From NCBI GenBank assembly GCA_964372275.1, contig CAYJRR010000014.1, positions 1 through 49,420 of the forward strand: a stretch of 49,420 nucleotides of DNA, in the 5' to 3' direction. Positions 8,581 through 18,240 of this stretch are shown here, piece after piece; within the stretch, counting starts at the first letter, position 1, and each line of letters begins with the position of its first letter. The notes under the pieces are model-generated. The model saw only the letters and a list, made by a program, of their open reading frames with translations. It searched no databases and had not been told where the DNA came from. Origin of the DNA: an uncultured bacterium (GTDB taxonomy: Bacteria > CAYJRR01). Position numbers and translations under genes: made by a program.

Positions 8581-10524
8581 GTGAACGAGAACCGGCCGAC
8601 GCTCGGCGATCGACTCTCCTACCGGATCGACAACCTGATGTCGGGCAATCCGGCGTTCAAGTTGTTCGCCCTGTTCGGGCTGACCTCGGTACTGGTGCTG
8701 CTCGGTGGCACCGTCTATTGGGTCGCCACGGCCGGCGAGGAGGGTTCCGATTTCATCCACGGTCTCTGGGCCGCCTGGACCTTCATCGCCGACGCCGGCA
8801 CGCAGGGCGGCGAGCAATCGACGCTCACCCGGGCGATTGCGCTCGTCATCACCGTCGGCGGAATGATGATCTTCGCCCTTCTCCTGGGCTTGGTCTCGGA
8901 GACGCTCGGAGAACGGGTCGACGAGCTGAAGAAGGGACGCAGCCGGGTGATCGAGTCCGACCACTCGCTGATCCTGGGTTGGAACGAGAAGATCTTCACC
9001 CTGGTACAGCAGCTGATCGAGGCCAACGCCAGCCGCCGCCGCGCGGTGGTCGTCATCCTCTCCGACCGCCCGAAGGAGGAGATGGAGGAGGCGCTGCGCG
9101 ACGCGATCGCCGACTTCAAGTCGACCACCGTCGTCTGCCGTTCGGGGGACACGACGATGGCCAGCGACCTGCGCAAGGTGAACGCCCAGGGGGCGCGCAG
9201 CATCGTGGTGCTCGGGGACGACCACGATCCCGAAGAGAGCGACATCCGCGCCACCAAGACGGTGTTGGCGCTTCGCCGGGGGGTGGGGCCGTTGGCGGGT
9301 CACCTCGTCGTCGAGCTGATGGAGTCGGCGAGCCGTCCGATGGTCGAGATGGTCGGCCACGGCGCGGTGGAGGTGGTCTCGGCGCGCGATCTGATCGGCC
9401 GGCTGATGGTGCAGACCTCCCGCCAGAACGGTCTCGCGCACGCCTACGCGCGGCTCCTGTGCTTCGAAGGCTCGGAGTTCTACCTGAAGGAGTGGAAGGA
9501 AGCCCACGGACGCTACTTCGGCGAGGTGTGGGGATACTTTCCCGAGACCGTCGTCTGCGGAGTGATGCCCAATCCGAACGGGCCGAACGCGCCGAAGGAG
9601 GGCCCGCCGGTGATCCTCAACCCGCCCGACGACTACGTGATCGGACCCGGCGATCAGCTCCTCTTCCTCGCCGAGGACGACGACGCCTACGGCTTGAAGC
9701 CGCTCCCGCCCAACTTCCGTCCCGTGCAACGGCCGCCGCCGTTCTCGGTCCCCGAGCCGGCGACCGAGCGGCTCCTGTTCCTGGGTTGGCGCGCCGACAT
9801 GGGGACGATGATCCGCGAGCTCGACGGCTACGTCGTCCCGGGCAGCCAGCTGACGCTCGTCTCCACCCTGACCCGGGAGGAGGCGCAGGAGCGGCTCAAG
9901 CAGGAGGGGCTCGCGGGGCTCAAGCGCCTCCGGCTCACCTACCAGCAGGGGAACCTCGCGTCCCGGTCCGATCTCGAGCAGCTGAAGGTGGAGGAGTTCC
10001 ACTCGATCCTGGTGTTGGCCGACGAGACCTCCGACCGCACTCCCGACGAGGTCGACGCGCGCACGTTGATGAGCCTGCTGTTGATCCGCGACATCCAGCG
10101 CAAGAACGGCGTCGTCGGGATCCCGGTCCTCTCCGAGATCCGCGACCCGCGCACCAAGGACCTGGCGGCGATCGCCGAGGCGTCGGACTATGTCGTGTCG
10201 AACGAGATCACGAGCATGCTGATGGCGCAGGTGTCGGAGAAACGGGAGATGAACGCCGTCTGGGGGGACCTGTTCGACTCCGACGGGAACGAGATCTACC
10301 TGAAGCACGTCGGACGCTACGTGTCGCCCGGCGAGCCGGCCTCCTTCTTCGACGTGATGGCCCGCGCGCGCGCGCGCCGGGAGGTGGCGATCGGCTACCG
10401 GTCGCACGCCCAGCGCGACCAGGAGCCGGATCACGGCGTGGTGATCAATCCACCCGACAAGACGGCGCCGATCGCCTGGTCGCCGGAGGACCGGGTGATC
10501 GTCCTCTCGGAGAGCGAGGCGTGA
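8581..10524 (+). CDS. CASTOR/POLLUX (DMI1)-like cation channel with tandem RCK domains
   Basis: TM-pore-TM with WTFIADAGTQG, KKGRSRVIESDHSLILGW, VVCRSG, DLIGRLMVQTSRQNGL, FEGSEFY, SDYVVSNE...DGNEIYLK. Confidence 0.9.
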   Translation: MNENRPTLGDRLSYRIDNLMSGNPAFKLFALFGLTSVLVLLGGTVYWVATAGEEGSDFIHGLWAAWTFIADAGTQGGEQSTLTRAIALVITVGGMMIFALLLGLVSETLGERVDELKKGRSRVIESDHSLILGWNEKIFTLVQQLIEANASRRRAVVVILSDRPKEEMEEALRDAIADFKSTTVVCRSGDTTMASDLRKVNAQGARSIVVLGDDHDPEESDIRATKTVLALRRGVGPLAGHLVVELMESASRPMVEMVGHGAVEVVSARDLIGRLMVQTSRQNGLAHAYARLLCFEGSEFYLKEWKEAHGRYFGEVWGYFPETVVCGVMPNPNGPNAPKEGPPVILNPPDDYVIGPGDQLLFLAEDDDAYGLKPLPPNFRPVQRPPPFSVPEPATERLLFLGWRADMGTMIRELDGYVVPGSQLTLVSTLTREEAQERLKQEGLAGLKRLRLTYQQGNLASRSDLEQLKVEEFHSILVLADETSDRTPDEVDARTLMSLLLIRDIQRKNGVVGIPVLSEIRDPRTKDLAAIAEASDYVVSNEITSMLMAQVSEKREMNAVWGDLFDSDGNEIYLKHVGRYVSPGEPASFFDVMARARARREVAIGYRSHAQRDQEPDHGVVINPPDKTAPIAWSPEDRVIVLSESEA

Positions 10525-11054
10525 CGCGCGCCCGCATCGCCGGGCTGCTGACGGCCGCCTTCCTCGCCGGCGGCGGAGCGTGGAGCGCGCGCTCCTCGTG
10601 GCTCGGCGCGGAGGCGGCCGGCCTCGCCTCGCGGCCGGCCGGCAAGGAGCAAAAGGCGCGACGGTTGATCGAGCTGACCGGCGGGAAGGAGCTCGAGCTC
10701 GGGATCCTCGCGTCGGCGATCGACCGGGCGGGGTCGTTCCCGTCGCTCCCGCCGGACTTCGCCGCCCGGTTCCGCGCCCTCGCCGCCAAGAACGACGTGC
10801 TGTCGAGGCTCGTTCCGATCTACGCCAAGCACCTGACCGAGCCCGACCTCGACGCGGCGATCGCCTGGTTCGACTCCCCCGCCGGCCGCAACTTCCACGC
10901 CGCGCAGCCGGCGATCATCGCCGAGACCCAGGCCGCCGGCGAGGCGTGGGCACGGGAGATCATGGAGCAGGCCGTGGCGGGCGACGGAGGTGCGTCTTCA
11001 AAGGACGGCAGCGCCCCGAAGCGACGCCCATCGCCAGCCAAGGCGAAACCGTAG
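10521..11054 (+). CDS. DUF2059-like exported protein
   Basis: GTG overlapping channel stop (GTGA); signal-like N-terminus; IYAKHLTEPDLDAAIAWFDSPAGR motif. Confidence 0.75.
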   Translation: MTRARIAGLLTAAFLAGGGAWSARSSWLGAEAAGLASRPAGKEQKARRLIELTGGKELELGILASAIDRAGSFPSLPPDFAARFRALAAKNDVLSRLVPIYAKHLTEPDLDAAIAWFDSPAGRNFHAAQPAIIAETQAAGEAWAREIMEQAVAGDGGASSKDGSAPKRRPSPAKAKP

Positions 11055-11062
11055 GCGTCCCC

Positions 11063-12145
11063 CTATCGCGGCGGTTCGATCTCGAATACGACCGGCAGAT
11101 GATCGGAGCCGTGCGCTTCCGGCGCCGACGACCCCGGCTCGGCAGCGAGGCCCCGGTAGAAGAGCCAGTCGAGCCGCTGCGGGAAGAAGCCGGCGCCGAG
11201 CTGGGTGTGTCCGTTGAATCCGGCGGTGCCGTCGAGCCAGTCCGCCGCCAGCATCTCCTCGACCGCCGCCTCCGCGTCCGGGGGATGGGTACAGTCGGCG
11301 AGACCGGGGTTGCACGTCCAGGTGTTGAAATCGCCGCCGATCACCTGCGCCGGCGGATGGCCGGGACGGTCGGCGTCGGCGCGGATCTCGGCCGCCTGCG
11401 CGGCCCGACCCAGGTCGCCGCTCCCGCGCGTGCAGAGGTGCGAGGCGTAGACCCGGATCCGCCGTCCGCCGGCGAGCAGGTCGACCCCGAGCGACATCCG
11501 CCCGCCGAAGCGGTCGTCCTCGGCGTACCAGTCGTAGGCCGGCGTGTGCCGCACGAGCGTCGCGTTCCCGAGCGGATATTTCGAGAGCACGGCGGTGCCG
11601 TGCTCCCCCTCCTTCTCCGGATGGAGCCGCCAATCCCACTCCACCGCGAAGGCGTAGTCCATCGCCAACGCCTGCGCGAGGTCGCGCGCCAAGTCGATCC
11701 CGGCCGGATCCGAATCGGAGGCCCGCCGTGGCACCTCGGTCAGCAACAGGAGGTCGGCCTCGGCGACCGCCGCCACCTCCGCGAGCGCCGCGGCGACCGT
11801 CGCCGACTCCTTTCCGTACTGGACGTTCCACGCGACCACCTTGAGCCGCGGAGGGACGTCGTCGGGATCGCGGTCGGTGAATCGGTCGGCGGCGATCGAG
11901 CACGGGATGTCGACCGGATCCCCGCCGGTCGCGACGTAGTCGTCCGGCAGATCGCACAGCGGCCCGTCCGGGGCGTTCACCGGAAGGGGCTCCCACGGCG
12001 ATAGCGGCGGGGTCGGAGTCGGGGTCGGCGTGATGGCGGTGTCGGTCCCGGTCGGCGCCGGTTCCGAGCCGCCGGCGGCCGGGTCGACGCCCTCCCGGCC
12101 GCATGCCGCGACCGCAAGGACACACCCCAGCCACCACGCCTTCAT
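11063..12145 (-). CDS. Endonuclease/exonuclease/phosphatase (EEP) family lipoprotein
   Basis: Lipobox VAAC, Pro/Thr linker, VAWNV, LLTEV, GTAVLSKYP, IGGDFN, RLDWLF, GSDHLPV. Confidence 0.9.
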   Translation of the reverse strand: MKAWWLGCVLAVAACGREGVDPAAGGSEPAPTGTDTAITPTPTPTPPLSPWEPLPVNAPDGPLCDLPDDYVATGGDPVDIPCSIAADRFTDRDPDDVPPRLKVVAWNVQYGKESATVAAALAEVAAVAEADLLLLTEVPRRASDSDPAGIDLARDLAQALAMDYAFAVEWDWRLHPEKEGEHGTAVLSKYPLGNATLVRHTPAYDWYAEDDRFGGRMSLGVDLLAGGRRIRVYASHLCTRGSGDLGRAAQAAEIRADADRPGHPPAQVIGGDFNTWTCNPGLADCTHPPDAEAAVEEMLAADWLDGTAGFNGHTQLGAGFFPQRLDWLFYRGLAAEPGSSAPEAHGSDHLPVVFEIEPPR

Positions 12146-12166
12146 GACCGGCCGTTTTCGCCCAAG

Positions 12167-12182
12167 TTGACAAAAATGTCAA
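12167..12182. promoter_or_regulatory. AT-rich palindromic operator-like site
   Basis: TTGACA-AAAA-TGTCAA perfect inverted repeat in the 45-nt gap upstream of the EEP gene. Confidence 0.5.
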
Positions 12183-12190
12183 TTCAAAGG

Positions 12191-14920
12191 CTACTGGAAC
12201 GGCCGCGTCCCCCGCTCGATTCCGGTGTTGATGGCGTTCACGATCGCGTTCCTCCGCCCGGTGGTGGCGCTGTTCGCGAGATCCGGCGTGATGATCTTCC
12301 GCCGCGCCTCGGCCAGGACCGTGGCGTCTTCGGTGTAGATGTTCCCTTCGCGGTGCCAGCCGTAGAAGTTCGGGTTGGTCAGGTTCCCGGAGCCGGTCGA
12401 AAAGGCGCCCCGCCCCGGCGCCTCTTCGACGAAGACGTACTTCCCGTGCGCCATCGTGTCGTGGTGGTAGACCGACTTCCCGTCCGGCGTGACCGTCCGG
12501 CCGTAGTCGGGTCGCCACATCCGCACGTCGACCCCCATCTCCTTGAACTCGTTCACCAGCTTGTAGCTGGCGAACTGGGCGATGCCGCTGTCGAGCCATC
12601 CCGGGACGACGACGGTGAACTGCCGGCAGGCGGGATCGGTCCAACAGGGGTCGTTGGGGTCGTCAGGATTCCATCTCCGCGACGGATCCCAGCCCTCCTT
12701 CATCCAGCGCGCCGCCGTCGCCTTGACCTGGTTGCGAAACCCCTCCCCGCTGAAGAACGGCATCCCGATCACCACCCGTTTGTTGGCGGCGGCGAGGAGC
12801 GACATCGTCGTGGCGCCGTACTTGTTGTCGACCCCCGGCTCCACGTCGAGAAAGCGACCCGTCGCGGCGCACCCGGTCGACGCCGTCGGACGCCAGCGCG
12901 CGCGCTCCGACGGGGTGAGGTCCTTTTCCTCCTTGGCGACGCGGTTGTAGTGCTCCGCCAGATAGTCGCCGATCGCCGCCGGCAGCGAATCGGCCCCCCC
13001 CTCCGCGTAGATCCCGAAGTCGTGCCAGCGATAGACCGGCTTCTTGCCGTCCTTGCCGTCGGTCGGGAAGTGCTTGGTGCCGACGTTGTTGCCACTGGCG
13101 ATCACGCGCGCCAGCCCCTGGTCGTCGACCGAATAGACGAGCTTCTCGTGGTTGATTCCCAGGTTCGGGGTGGGGAGCCCTTTGCGCAGGAGCTTGAAGT
13201 CGTCGACCACCGGAATGCCGACGTCGATCAGGTCGCGGGCGGCCCCCTCCACCGAGCGTTTCGGATGGGCGACGAAGTGCGCCGTGTCTTCCACCCACGC
13301 CAGCCGCTCTCCCAACATCGAGCGCGCGTGGCGCAGCGGCTCGGCATCGTTGCCGGCGATCCCACCAAGCTCCGTTCCGCGCTTGAGCAGGTCGGTCTTG
13401 CCCGGAGGAGCGATCAGGCTCTTGAGCTTGCCCAGCGGGTTCAGGGCGAGCGTGGCCAGGTTGCTGATGTTCCCGATATAGCCCAGGTCGATCAGCTTCC
13501 CGTCGCGGATCAGCCGCACGTCGGTGCGGGTGAAGAGTTGCTCGGCGATCGCCTTTCGCTCGTCCTCGGACAGCTCTTGCTGAATTTTCGCCGCAGCGCG
13601 CACCACCTCCGCGGAGTCGATCGCCGGCGCCTTCGCAAGCGGATTCGCGGCGCGCGCGTTGCGGTGGAGCTGCTCCTGGGCGATGCGGAGATCCCGGATC
13701 GAGGCGGCGGAGAACCTCCGTCGTAACAGCGAATACGCCTCCTCCGGCATCTCCAATGCCTTGGCGACGATCTTGTCGACGACCGACTGGGCGGTCGGCG
13801 CGTTGCCCGTGTTGCGCACCTCGAGCGCAAGCCCGGCGACCGCCGTGGTCGACGGAAGGTCGGCCTCCAGCTTGAGAAGCGAGATCGCGAGCACGGCGTC
13901 GGCGTGGTCGACCACGTCGCTCAGCCTCGCCCAGTAGTCCCCCGGGTCGGCGATCACCGACAACTCGGACGCGCAGCTCTCGGGTCCGGCGACGACGTCG
14001 AGATGCGCCTTCCACGCCGGGCTGCCGATTGCGAGGCCGAGGTTCGACGGGAACCCGGAACGGATTCCGGCGCGGGTGGCGGCGAAGCGATCGATGCCGA
14101 ACCGGTAGTAATCGGCGTAGCGCGGATTGGAGGAGAAGTCCCCCTCGGCGCCCGGGCGGCAGGCTTCGTGGAGCGCCGACACCTCCCGTTCCAGGCGCGC
14201 GTTCGCCCGGGCCATCGCATCGTCGAGGATCGCCTGCTTCGCCTCCTTCTTCAGGTCCTTGCGGTTGAAGAGCTGCGCGGCGGTCGTCTCGATCTCTTCC
14301 GTCGCGATACGGTCGACGATCGCCACCACCGCGTCGTAGAGCGCCGCGTTCTCGGCGGTCGCCGCCCCTTTGAGGCGCGCCGCGGCGTCGATCGGGCTCG
14401 AGGTCGCCAGCTTGAAGAAGGTGGCCACGGTCAGACCGACCGCCGCCAGGCGGGCGTCGAACTCCCCGAACGTCTCCCGGTATTCCTTCGACGCGCGCCC
14501 GCGCCCCCCGACGAGCTTCGCGTAGTCGCGCTCCAGCTTCCGCAGCTCGTCGACCAGCTCCTTTCGGCGCTCCTCGAGCTTTCGCGGATCGGTCTCGCGC
14601 GCGATCTTCGCCAGGTCGGACTCCTTCTCGAGCGGGCGCCCCAGCGCGTCGCCGATCATCCGGTAGGCATCGGCGAGGTTCGGTCCCGTCAGTCCGGCGT
14701 ACCCGGACGAGGGGCAGACCCCGTTCGCGCCGGCGGCGGCGGCCGCCGCGATCTCGGCCAGCGGGCTGCGTTCGGGCGGGCACTCCACGAACTCCGCCGC
14801 GCCGACCTGCGCCAGGGCGATCGCCGGGACGCCGGCCGCCCACGAGGCCACCGCCACCGACCCGACGGCCGCGCGCGCCGCGGACCACGCCTCGGCGGCC
14901 CGCTCCCAGAGCCTCTTCAT
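12191..14920 (-). CDS. Large secreted phospholipase D-superfamily protein
   Basis: Signal-like N-terminus (AIALAQ); two HKD-type motifs NHEKLVYSVD...SGNN and AHGKYVFVEE...GSGNL; WHDFGI and HREGNI segments typical of PLD halves. Confidence 0.75.
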   Translation of the reverse strand: MKRLWERAAEAWSAARAAVGSVAVASWAAGVPAIALAQVGAAEFVECPPERSPLAEIAAAAAAGANGVCPSSGYAGLTGPNLADAYRMIGDALGRPLEKESDLAKIARETDPRKLEERRKELVDELRKLERDYAKLVGGRGRASKEYRETFGEFDARLAAVGLTVATFFKLATSSPIDAAARLKGAATAENAALYDAVVAIVDRIATEEIETTAAQLFNRKDLKKEAKQAILDDAMARANARLEREVSALHEACRPGAEGDFSSNPRYADYYRFGIDRFAATRAGIRSGFPSNLGLAIGSPAWKAHLDVVAGPESCASELSVIADPGDYWARLSDVVDHADAVLAISLLKLEADLPSTTAVAGLALEVRNTGNAPTAQSVVDKIVAKALEMPEEAYSLLRRRFSAASIRDLRIAQEQLHRNARAANPLAKAPAIDSAEVVRAAAKIQQELSEDERKAIAEQLFTRTDVRLIRDGKLIDLGYIGNISNLATLALNPLGKLKSLIAPPGKTDLLKRGTELGGIAGNDAEPLRHARSMLGERLAWVEDTAHFVAHPKRSVEGAARDLIDVGIPVVDDFKLLRKGLPTPNLGINHEKLVYSVDDQGLARVIASGNNVGTKHFPTDGKDGKKPVYRWHDFGIYAEGGADSLPAAIGDYLAEHYNRVAKEEKDLTPSERARWRPTASTGCAATGRFLDVEPGVDNKYGATTMSLLAAANKRVVIGMPFFSGEGFRNQVKATAARWMKEGWDPSRRWNPDDPNDPCWTDPACRQFTVVVPGWLDSGIAQFASYKLVNEFKEMGVDVRMWRPDYGRTVTPDGKSVYHHDTMAHGKYVFVEEAPGRGAFSTGSGNLTNPNFYGWHREGNIYTEDATVLAEARRKIITPDLANSATTGRRNAIVNAINTGIERGTRPFQ

Positions 14921-14981
14921 GCGCCCCTCCCTGCTTCCGGGGATTGTATCCCCTTCCCGCCGCTCCTACACTTGCCGCCCC

Positions 14982-16505
14982 ATGCTCGACGTCATCCGCC
15001 AATACCGGGACAGCTGGCAGCCCAAGGTCATCCTCGGAGCGATCGCGGTCGTCTTCATCTTCTGGGGGTTCGGCTCCCAGTACGACACCACCGGCGGCGC
15101 CAACTTCGCCGCCAAGGTCAACGGCGACGAGATCTCGATCGACCAGTTCGAACAGCAGTACCGGAACGAGTCTTCCCGCCGCCGGCAGGCCCAGTCCAAC
15201 TTCTCCGAGGCCTTCCTGATGAAGCAGGTCCTCGACGGCCTGATCGAGACCAAGCTCCTGGAGCAGTTCGCCGAGGAGGCGGGGATCCACGTCTCCCCGG
15301 AGGAGGTCGCCGACGAGATCAAGAAGCTGCCGTTCCTCACCGACGAGGAGACCGGGAGCTTCATCGGCAAGCAGAAGTACGTCGAGTTCCTGCGCGAGCG
15401 CGACATCGACGTCGCCGAGTTCGAGAAGGACGTGGAACAGAGCCTTCGCGTGCAGAAGGCGCGCGAGTTCGTCGAGTCGTCGGTGAAAGTGACGCCGGAC
15501 GAGGTCCGGGAGGAGTTCGACGCCCGCAACGAGAAGGTAAGCCTCTCCTACCTCCGCGTCGACGCGGCGGCGCTCGCCGAATCGCTCAAGTCCGAAAAGG
15601 TCACGCAAGCCCAGATCGCCGCCTGGGTCGCCGCCAACTCCGGGAAGGTCGAGTCGATCTACGCCGAGCGGAAGGAGTCGACGTACACCACCCCCGCGAA
15701 GGTCGATCTGCTGCAGATCACGGTGCGCAAGCCGGCCGGGGCGCAGAAGGACGAGTCCGAGCTGGCGAGCGCCAAGCGCCGATCGGAGCGGGCGCTGGAG
15801 CAGGCGGCCACCGACTGGAAGGCGGCGGCGGCGCAGTACTCCGAAGGGGCGCCCTGGGAGAAGACGGGCGAGCCCCGCTCCTTCGCCCGACGCGAGCTGC
15901 CGGCCGCGGTGGCGGAGCGCGTCTTCCTGATGTCCCCGGAAGAAGCCCCGGCGGTGGTCGAGACGCCGACCAGCTTCACCGTGGTGAAGGTGAAGTCGAT
16001 CACCCCCGAAAAGGTGACCGAGCTCGACGAGGCGCTGAAGAACGCGATCGTCGAGGAGGAGATCCGCGCCGAGCGGGCGAAGACGGCGGTGGAGGCGTTC
16101 GCGACCGACGCCACCGCGCGGCTCGAAAGGGGGGGGACGCTCGAACAGCTCGCCAAGACCCGGAAGCTGACGGTGAAGGAGACCGGCAGCTTCCCGCGCA
16201 AGGACGAGATCCCCGGGATCGCGGAGTCGGACCGGGCGATGGTCTCGGCCGCCTTCGCGCTGGAGAAGCCGGGGGCGGTCCTGCTCCTCGGCGGAAAGCT
16301 CCCCAAGGTGGGCGACGGCTATCTCATCGCCGTGCTCAAGGAGCACCAGCGGCCGACCGACGACGAGTACGAGAAACAGAAGGGGTGGATCGAGTCGAGC
16401 CTGAAGCGGACCCGGGGGATGGAGGCGTTCCGGTCCTGGAAGGCCGACCGGGTGGCGAAGGCGAAGATCGTCGAGAATCCGCGCTATCTCTCGCCGTCGA
16501 GCTGA
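14982..16505 (+). CDS. ppiD: PpiD/SurA-N domain periplasmic chaperone
   Basis: ATG 14982: MLDVIRQ...ILGAIAVVFIFWG, AAKVNGDEI, VSPEEV, VKVTPDEV; parvulin-like region appears degenerate. Confidence 0.8.
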   Translation: MLDVIRQYRDSWQPKVILGAIAVVFIFWGFGSQYDTTGGANFAAKVNGDEISIDQFEQQYRNESSRRRQAQSNFSEAFLMKQVLDGLIETKLLEQFAEEAGIHVSPEEVADEIKKLPFLTDEETGSFIGKQKYVEFLRERDIDVAEFEKDVEQSLRVQKAREFVESSVKVTPDEVREEFDARNEKVSLSYLRVDAAALAESLKSEKVTQAQIAAWVAANSGKVESIYAERKESTYTTPAKVDLLQITVRKPAGAQKDESELASAKRRSERALEQAATDWKAAAAQYSEGAPWEKTGEPRSFARRELPAAVAERVFLMSPEEAPAVVETPTSFTVVKVKSITPEKVTELDEALKNAIVEEEIRAERAKTAVEAFATDATARLERGGTLEQLAKTRKLTVKETGSFPRKDEIPGIAESDRAMVSAAFALEKPGAVLLLGGKLPKVGDGYLIAVLKEHQRPTDDEYEKQKGWIESSLKRTRGMEAFRSWKADRVAKAKIVENPRYLSPSS

Positions 16506-16527
16506 GGAGCCGGCACCGATCCGACCG

Positions 16528-18240
16528 CTACCGGCGCGGCGACAGCACGGCGATCCGCTCCGCCAGGAACCCGTTGATGGCGTCGATCTCCTGCGCGGAG
16601 AGTCGTGTCCCAAGCGGCATCGGCGCCGTGGTATCGCCGGCAATCGGCTTGACCCGCGCGTCCCCTCTCGCGACACGCGAAAGCGCCGCATACGCCTGCT
16701 CCTGCGTGAGCGCATCGAAGTTCAGCGGATGGCCCCCGCCGTTGTGGCACCCTTGGCATCGCGCCTGGACCAAGTCGCGGGCGTTGGCGATGACCGGCTT
16801 GCGAGCCCCGACGATCGACGGAACCGGCGCGGGGCCGGGTCCCGTGGTGGGGCAGGCGGCGAGCAGATCGGCCTCGGTCACGCGAGGGGCGCGGTTTCGA
16901 ACCCGTCCCTTCTCCGCTCGAACCAACTCGCGGCAGCCGATGGGATCGAGGCCGAGCGCCAACCGTGCGGCCTCCGTCCCGTCGGCCGGCTCGGCCCCTC
17001 GGCACGTCACCGACCATAGTGCACCGAGCGCCGCCAGTGCGGCGAAGTCGCGGGTCGAGATCGGATCGCATCCCGACACCCGCGTGAACGGCACCCGCGG
17101 AGCCTGGTCGGGATCGACCAGCACGAAGCGGAAGTAGTCTCCTTCCTGTTGGAGGTAGACGATCGAGCCGTCCGCGCGGAACGACGGGTAGTAGCTTCCG
17201 TCCCCCAGGCGCCGGGCGGTGGTCAGACGCCGAATCGACGCCGCCTCCAGCCGATCGCCCGTCTCTCGCAGATCGACCACCACCACGTCCTTTGCCAACC
17301 GATCGGCGACGCCGCTGAAAAATGCGGTTGGCTCGTGGTGGTGTTCGTCGACGTGGAACGCGATGCGCCTGCCGTCGAAGCTGAAGTCCGCCTTCCCGGT
17401 GGGCATGCCGAGATCGAGCCGCTCCCGACAGCTTCCGTCCTCGTCCACGTCGTAGATCTTGGTCGTTCTCGTCTTTCGGTCGGAGGCGGAGAGCCGCTTC
17501 CCGTCCTTCGACAACATCGGGGTGTAGAACGGAAGGTCGCCGTCGGCAGGCGAAAGGTTGGCGCATAGCCGCTTCGCCGTCCCGACAGGCGAGATCGCCG
17601 GGGTCGTCCCCGGCCGGTCCGTGGCTCGATAGTCCCGGAAAAAGAGCCCGGAACTGGCGGCGCGCTGCTCGACGATCACGCGGTAGGTGCGCACGCCCCC
17701 GCTCGATCGCAGGAGGGCGGTCGAAGGGTAGACGCCATCCAGGGTACGGTCGACGAAGAGCGGCTCCCGCACCGCGTTCGACGTCCGGTCGGACGCACGG
17801 GCCGCCGCCTGGCGCCGCTCGAATTCGATGCTGTCGAAGGCGATCCCACCGCCCCACATCGTCATCGGGCGGATCATCCATTTCTCGTCCGGCGTCGGAA
17901 CCGGGTCGAGGAAGCCGGTAATCATCATCTCCCGAACGTGGTCGTCGGGCTCGTTCATGTCGACGCGGTAGTTGCTCAAGCCCCGGTATCGCGTGTCCTC
18001 CGATCCCGCTCGGATGTAGGCGATCGCCTCGGAGATCGGATAGGCCCGGAAGAAGAAGCTGGGGTATCCGGTGATCCGCACCACCTTCCTGGGCGAAACG
18101 TCCGCGGTCGCACACGGCTCCGCCGCCGCGGGGCGCGCGAGAGTCGACGCGAGAACGACGGCGACGAGGCGGCCTCGGGCCAAACGTTGGCTCACGGCGG
18201 CCCCTCCGGCTGGGGCGCCGCGCGCGGTTCCCGCGGTCAT
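16528..18240 (-). CDS. Exported beta-propeller-like protein with C-terminal c-type heme motif
   Basis: TolB/WD40-like segments (PVPTPDEK, PMLSKDGKRL, ADFSFDGRRIAF, YPSFRADG); CQGCH and distal APMPLG; start uncertain. Confidence 0.65.
   Translation of the reverse strand: MTAGTARGAPAGGAAVSQRLARGRLVAVVLASTLARPAAAEPCATADVSPRKVVRITGYPSFFFRAYPISEAIAYIRAGSEDTRYRGLSNYRVDMNEPDDHVREMMITGFLDPVPTPDEKWMIRPMTMWGGGIAFDSIEFERRQAAARASDRTSNAVREPLFVDRTLDGVYPSTALLRSSGGVRTYRVIVEQRAASSGLFFRDYRATDRPGTTPAISPVGTAKRLCANLSPADGDLPFYTPMLSKDGKRLSASDRKTRTTKIYDVDEDGSCRERLDLGMPTGKADFSFDGRRIAFHVDEHHHEPTAFFSGVADRLAKDVVVVDLRETGDRLEAASIRRLTTARRLGDGSYYPSFRADGSIVYLQQEGDYFRFVLVDPDQAPRVPFTRVSGCDPISTRDFAALAALGALWSVTCRGAEPADGTEAARLALGLDPIGCRELVRAEKGRVRNRAPRVTEADLLAACPTTGPGPAPVPSIVGARKPVIANARDLVQARCQGCHNGGGHPLNFDALTQEQAYAALSRVARGDARVKPIAGDTTAPMPLGTRLSAQEIDAINGFLAERIAVLSPRR

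Noticed and set aside
12191-14920. PLD as part of an anti-phage defence system
   Set aside because: Appears exported, with no helicase, methylase or other defence neighbours
12663-17137. Very long ORFs 12663..16715(-) and 13904..17137(+), and similar ones such as 27410..31345, 8479..10434, 38350..40920
   Set aside because: Arg/Gly/Pro-rich shadow frames overlapping well-supported genes; expected in very GC-rich DNA
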